Origin: Bacteroidia bacterium
GTDB lineage: Bacteria > Bacteroidota > Bacteroidia > Flavobacteriales > Flavobacteriaceae
Reading direction: 5' to 3'
NCBI GenBank assembly: GCA_030425715.1
Contig: JAUIAA010000001.1
Span: forward strand, 1 to 38,390
DNA length: 38,390 bases
Part shown: piece by piece, positions 36,358-38,390 of the stretch
Numbering within the stretch: position 1 is the stretch's first letter
Layout of the letters: every line of letters starts with the position of its first letter
Notes under the pieces: generated by a model
The model's database searches: none
Told to the model about the DNA's origin: nothing
The model's input: the letters and a program-made list of their open reading frames with translations, nothing else
Made by a program: the position numbers and the translations under genes

Positions 36358-37349
36358 TCTAAATCATCCACTAACTTTTGAAACTCTTTTTTAGCGTCTT
36401 TGTTTTGATATAAAATGGCGTAAACTGTTTCAATTATTGGTGTTTTGGCTTTGTTTTTTTCGTTAATCTTAAACGCACTTTTGGTTGCGTAGTACCCTTC
36501 GGCTACCATGTTCATTTCCATCATGGCAGATTTTACGGTGTAGCCTTTTCCAATCATATTACCAAACATTCTATTTCTACTAAAGGTAGAATATCCGGTA
36601 ACCAATAAATCTCCCAAATAAGCAGAATTATTAATATTCCGTTTCATTTTATGGATTTTTTTTATAAAACGCTTCATCTCCCGAATGGCATTCGACATCA
36701 AAACCGACTGAAAATTATCGCCGTAACCCAAACCATGTGCAATACCCGCTGCAATAGCATAAATGTTTTTTAACATGGCAGCATATTCGGTGCCAATAAT
36801 ATCGTCTGATGTTTTTGTTTTAATATATCTACTCGATAAATTTTTAGCTATAAATGCGGCTTTCTTCTCATCTGTACAGGCAATAGTTAAATAAGACAAC
36901 CTTTCCATCGCAACTTCTTCGGCATGACAAGGACCGGTAATGATGCCAATATTTTCATAAGGGATTTGTAGTTTTTCATGAAAATGTTCTCCCACAATCA
37001 AACCAGATTCGGGAACGATACCTTTAATGGCCGAAAAAATTACTTTACCTTTAAATGAAGTAGAAATTTTAGATAACTCATCTTTTAAAAAAGCCGATGG
37101 AATTACAAAAATTAAATAATCAGCATAATCCACCATTTCATTTATATCATTCGACAAAAATAATTTTTCAGGATGTAATTCTGCCGAACTTAAATAATTA
37201 GGATTGTGTTTATTTATTTTTATATGCTCCATTGCATAATTATTACGCATATACCAGCCTATTTCATTTTGGTTTTCGCACAACATTTTTACAATAGCCG
37301 TAGCCCAACTACCTCCTCCAAATACTGCAATTTTCAATTTTGATGACAT
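36354..37349 (-). CDS. gpsA: NAD(P)H-dependent glycerol-3-phosphate dehydrogenase
   Basis: GGGSWATA, GPCHAEEV, LKNIYAIA, GDLLVT..S.FSRNR and VAEG; start at ATG 37349 given -7 box TAGTTTTG at 37371-37378. Confidence 0.95.
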   Translation of the reverse strand: MSSKLKIAVFGGGSWATAIVKMLCENQNEIGWYMRNNYAMEHIKINKHNPNYLSSAELHPEKLFLSNDINEMVDYADYLIFVIPSAFLKDELSKISTSFKGKVIFSAIKGIVPESGLIVGEHFHEKLQIPYENIGIITGPCHAEEVAMERLSYLTIACTDEKKAAFIAKNLSSRYIKTKTSDDIIGTEYAAMLKNIYAIAAGIAHGLGYGDNFQSVLMSNAIREMKRFIKKIHKMKRNINNSAYLGDLLVTGYSTFSRNRMFGNMIGKGYTVKSAMMEMNMVAEGYYATKSAFKINEKNKAKTPIIETVYAILYQNKDAKKEFQKLVDDLD

Positions 37350-37467
37350 ACTCTTTTTTTTCAGGGAACACAAAACTACTCATTTTAATGAATATAGTTA
37401 TTCCTTAGGAAATGATTGTTAAATTTAATAAATTTGAATAAACTAATCCTTTAAAATATAACGTATT

Positions 37468-37896
37468 ATGAGTGAAAACAAAAAAAATATAGAAGAGGAA
37501 GTAAAAAAAGCTGCAAAAAAAGTTAAGGAAACTGCCAAAGATATTGCAAAAGATATTGACGAAAATACCAAAGAGTTTCAAGAAGATGCAAAAGGAACTG
37601 CAGAAGAGTTTAAAAAAGGAGCAAAAGAGGCTTATGAACAACTAACTGCTGATTCTGGTAGTAAAAGAGTATTGGTAGGTGTATTGGCAATTTTATTTGG
37701 AGCCATTGGTTTACATAAATTTATATTAGGTTATAATAAAGAAGGGTTGATTATGTTGGTTATTTCTGCACTTACCTTTGGATTTGGAGCTTTGCTAATG
37801 GGGCTTATTGGCATAGTTGAAGGTGTAATTTATTTAACCAAAAGTGATGATGAATTTTACCAAACTTATCAAGTAAATACAAAACATTGGTTTTAA
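37468..37896 (+). CDS. TM2 domain protein with charged helical N-terminus
   Basis: LAILFGAIGLHKFILG and EGVIYLTKSD. Confidence 0.88.
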   Translation: MSENKKNIEEEVKKAAKKVKETAKDIAKDIDENTKEFQEDAKGTAEEFKKGAKEAYEQLTADSGSKRVLVGVLAILFGAIGLHKFILGYNKEGLIMLVISALTFGFGALLMGLIGIVEGVIYLTKSDDEFYQTYQVNTKHWF

Positions 37897-37897
37897 A

Positions 37898-38389
37898 TTA
37901 TTTGTTTCCTTCTGCCAGTTTTCTTTCTAATTCGGCTTGAAATTCTTCCATGGCAGGTTTTACGGTGGACTCCGGTATATCTGCTATACGGATATACATT
38001 AAGCCATCTACTGAATTATTAAATTTTGGATCGACATTAAATGCGATAAGTTTTGCATTTTGTTTTACGTACTTTTTTAACAATACTGGTAAACGTAAAT
38101 TTCCTGGTTCCAATTCATCAATCATTCTATCAAATTTATTCATATCAGATTCTGTAGTATCAAAAACAAAATCCTTATCGGCATCTTTTAATTTTACCTT
38201 ATATTCCTTTTTAGGATGTACATATTGGGCAATATAAGGATCGTAATAATTAGATTTCATAAACTCAATCATTAGCGATTTTGAAAAGTTGGAAAACTGA
38301 TTGCTTATACTCACACCTCCCATCAAATATTTATATTCTGGATTTCTAAGCGTAACATGAATAATACCGCGCCAAAGTAAAAATAATGG
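37898..38389 (-). CDS. C-terminal part of a GNAT-domain acyltransferase (putative hemolysin/OlsB-like); 5' end lies beyond the window
   Basis: Frame is open to the window edge (PLFLLWRGI...YLMGGVSIS); P.LLKKY and FNVDPKFN..VDG motifs. Confidence 0.8.
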   Translation of the reverse strand, partial: PLFLLWRGIIHVTLRNPEYKYLMGGVSISNQFSNFSKSLMIEFMKSNYYDPYIAQYVHPKKEYKVKLKDADKDFVFDTTESDMNKFDRMIDELEPGNLRLPVLLKKYVKQNAKLIAFNVDPKFNNSVDGLMYIRIADIPESTVKPAMEEFQAELERKLAEGNK

Positions 38390-38390
38390 C

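Overview
AT-rich chromosomal window from a Bacteroidota bacterium, most likely Flavobacteriaceae (T9SS sorting domain, TAnnTTTG promoter boxes, gene content). 1-3950 is the tail of an integron-like cassette array. Four ~125-bp AAC...GTT imperfect-palindrome repeats separate short co-oriented genes, and the two intact cassettes have ends that are reverse complements of each other. No integrase is in the window. 4085-11456 is accessory metabolism and regulation: iorAB-like molybdoenzyme, AraC, membrane proteins, one nonsense-split gene, an SDR and a lipoprotein. 11453-19073 (- strand) is a four-gene locus: a 1481-aa T9SS-secreted subtilase-like protein with a Glu-for-His active site and a 5x NKF(K/R)AVVN motif, a TPR/TM class III cyclase with adenine-specifying residues, a Pycsar-effector-like membrane protein and an HD phosphohydrolase. 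This is a candidate cyclic-nucleotide signalling or defence system. 19404-38390 is mostly housekeeping (aroA, aat, greA, purK, fabD, glpK, glpD, gpsA), with a GNAT-BKACE fusion, heptamer repeats and an unannotated 59-aa gene. No rRNA, tRNA, CRISPR array or transposase was seen. All family calls come from reading motifs by eye, not from database searches.
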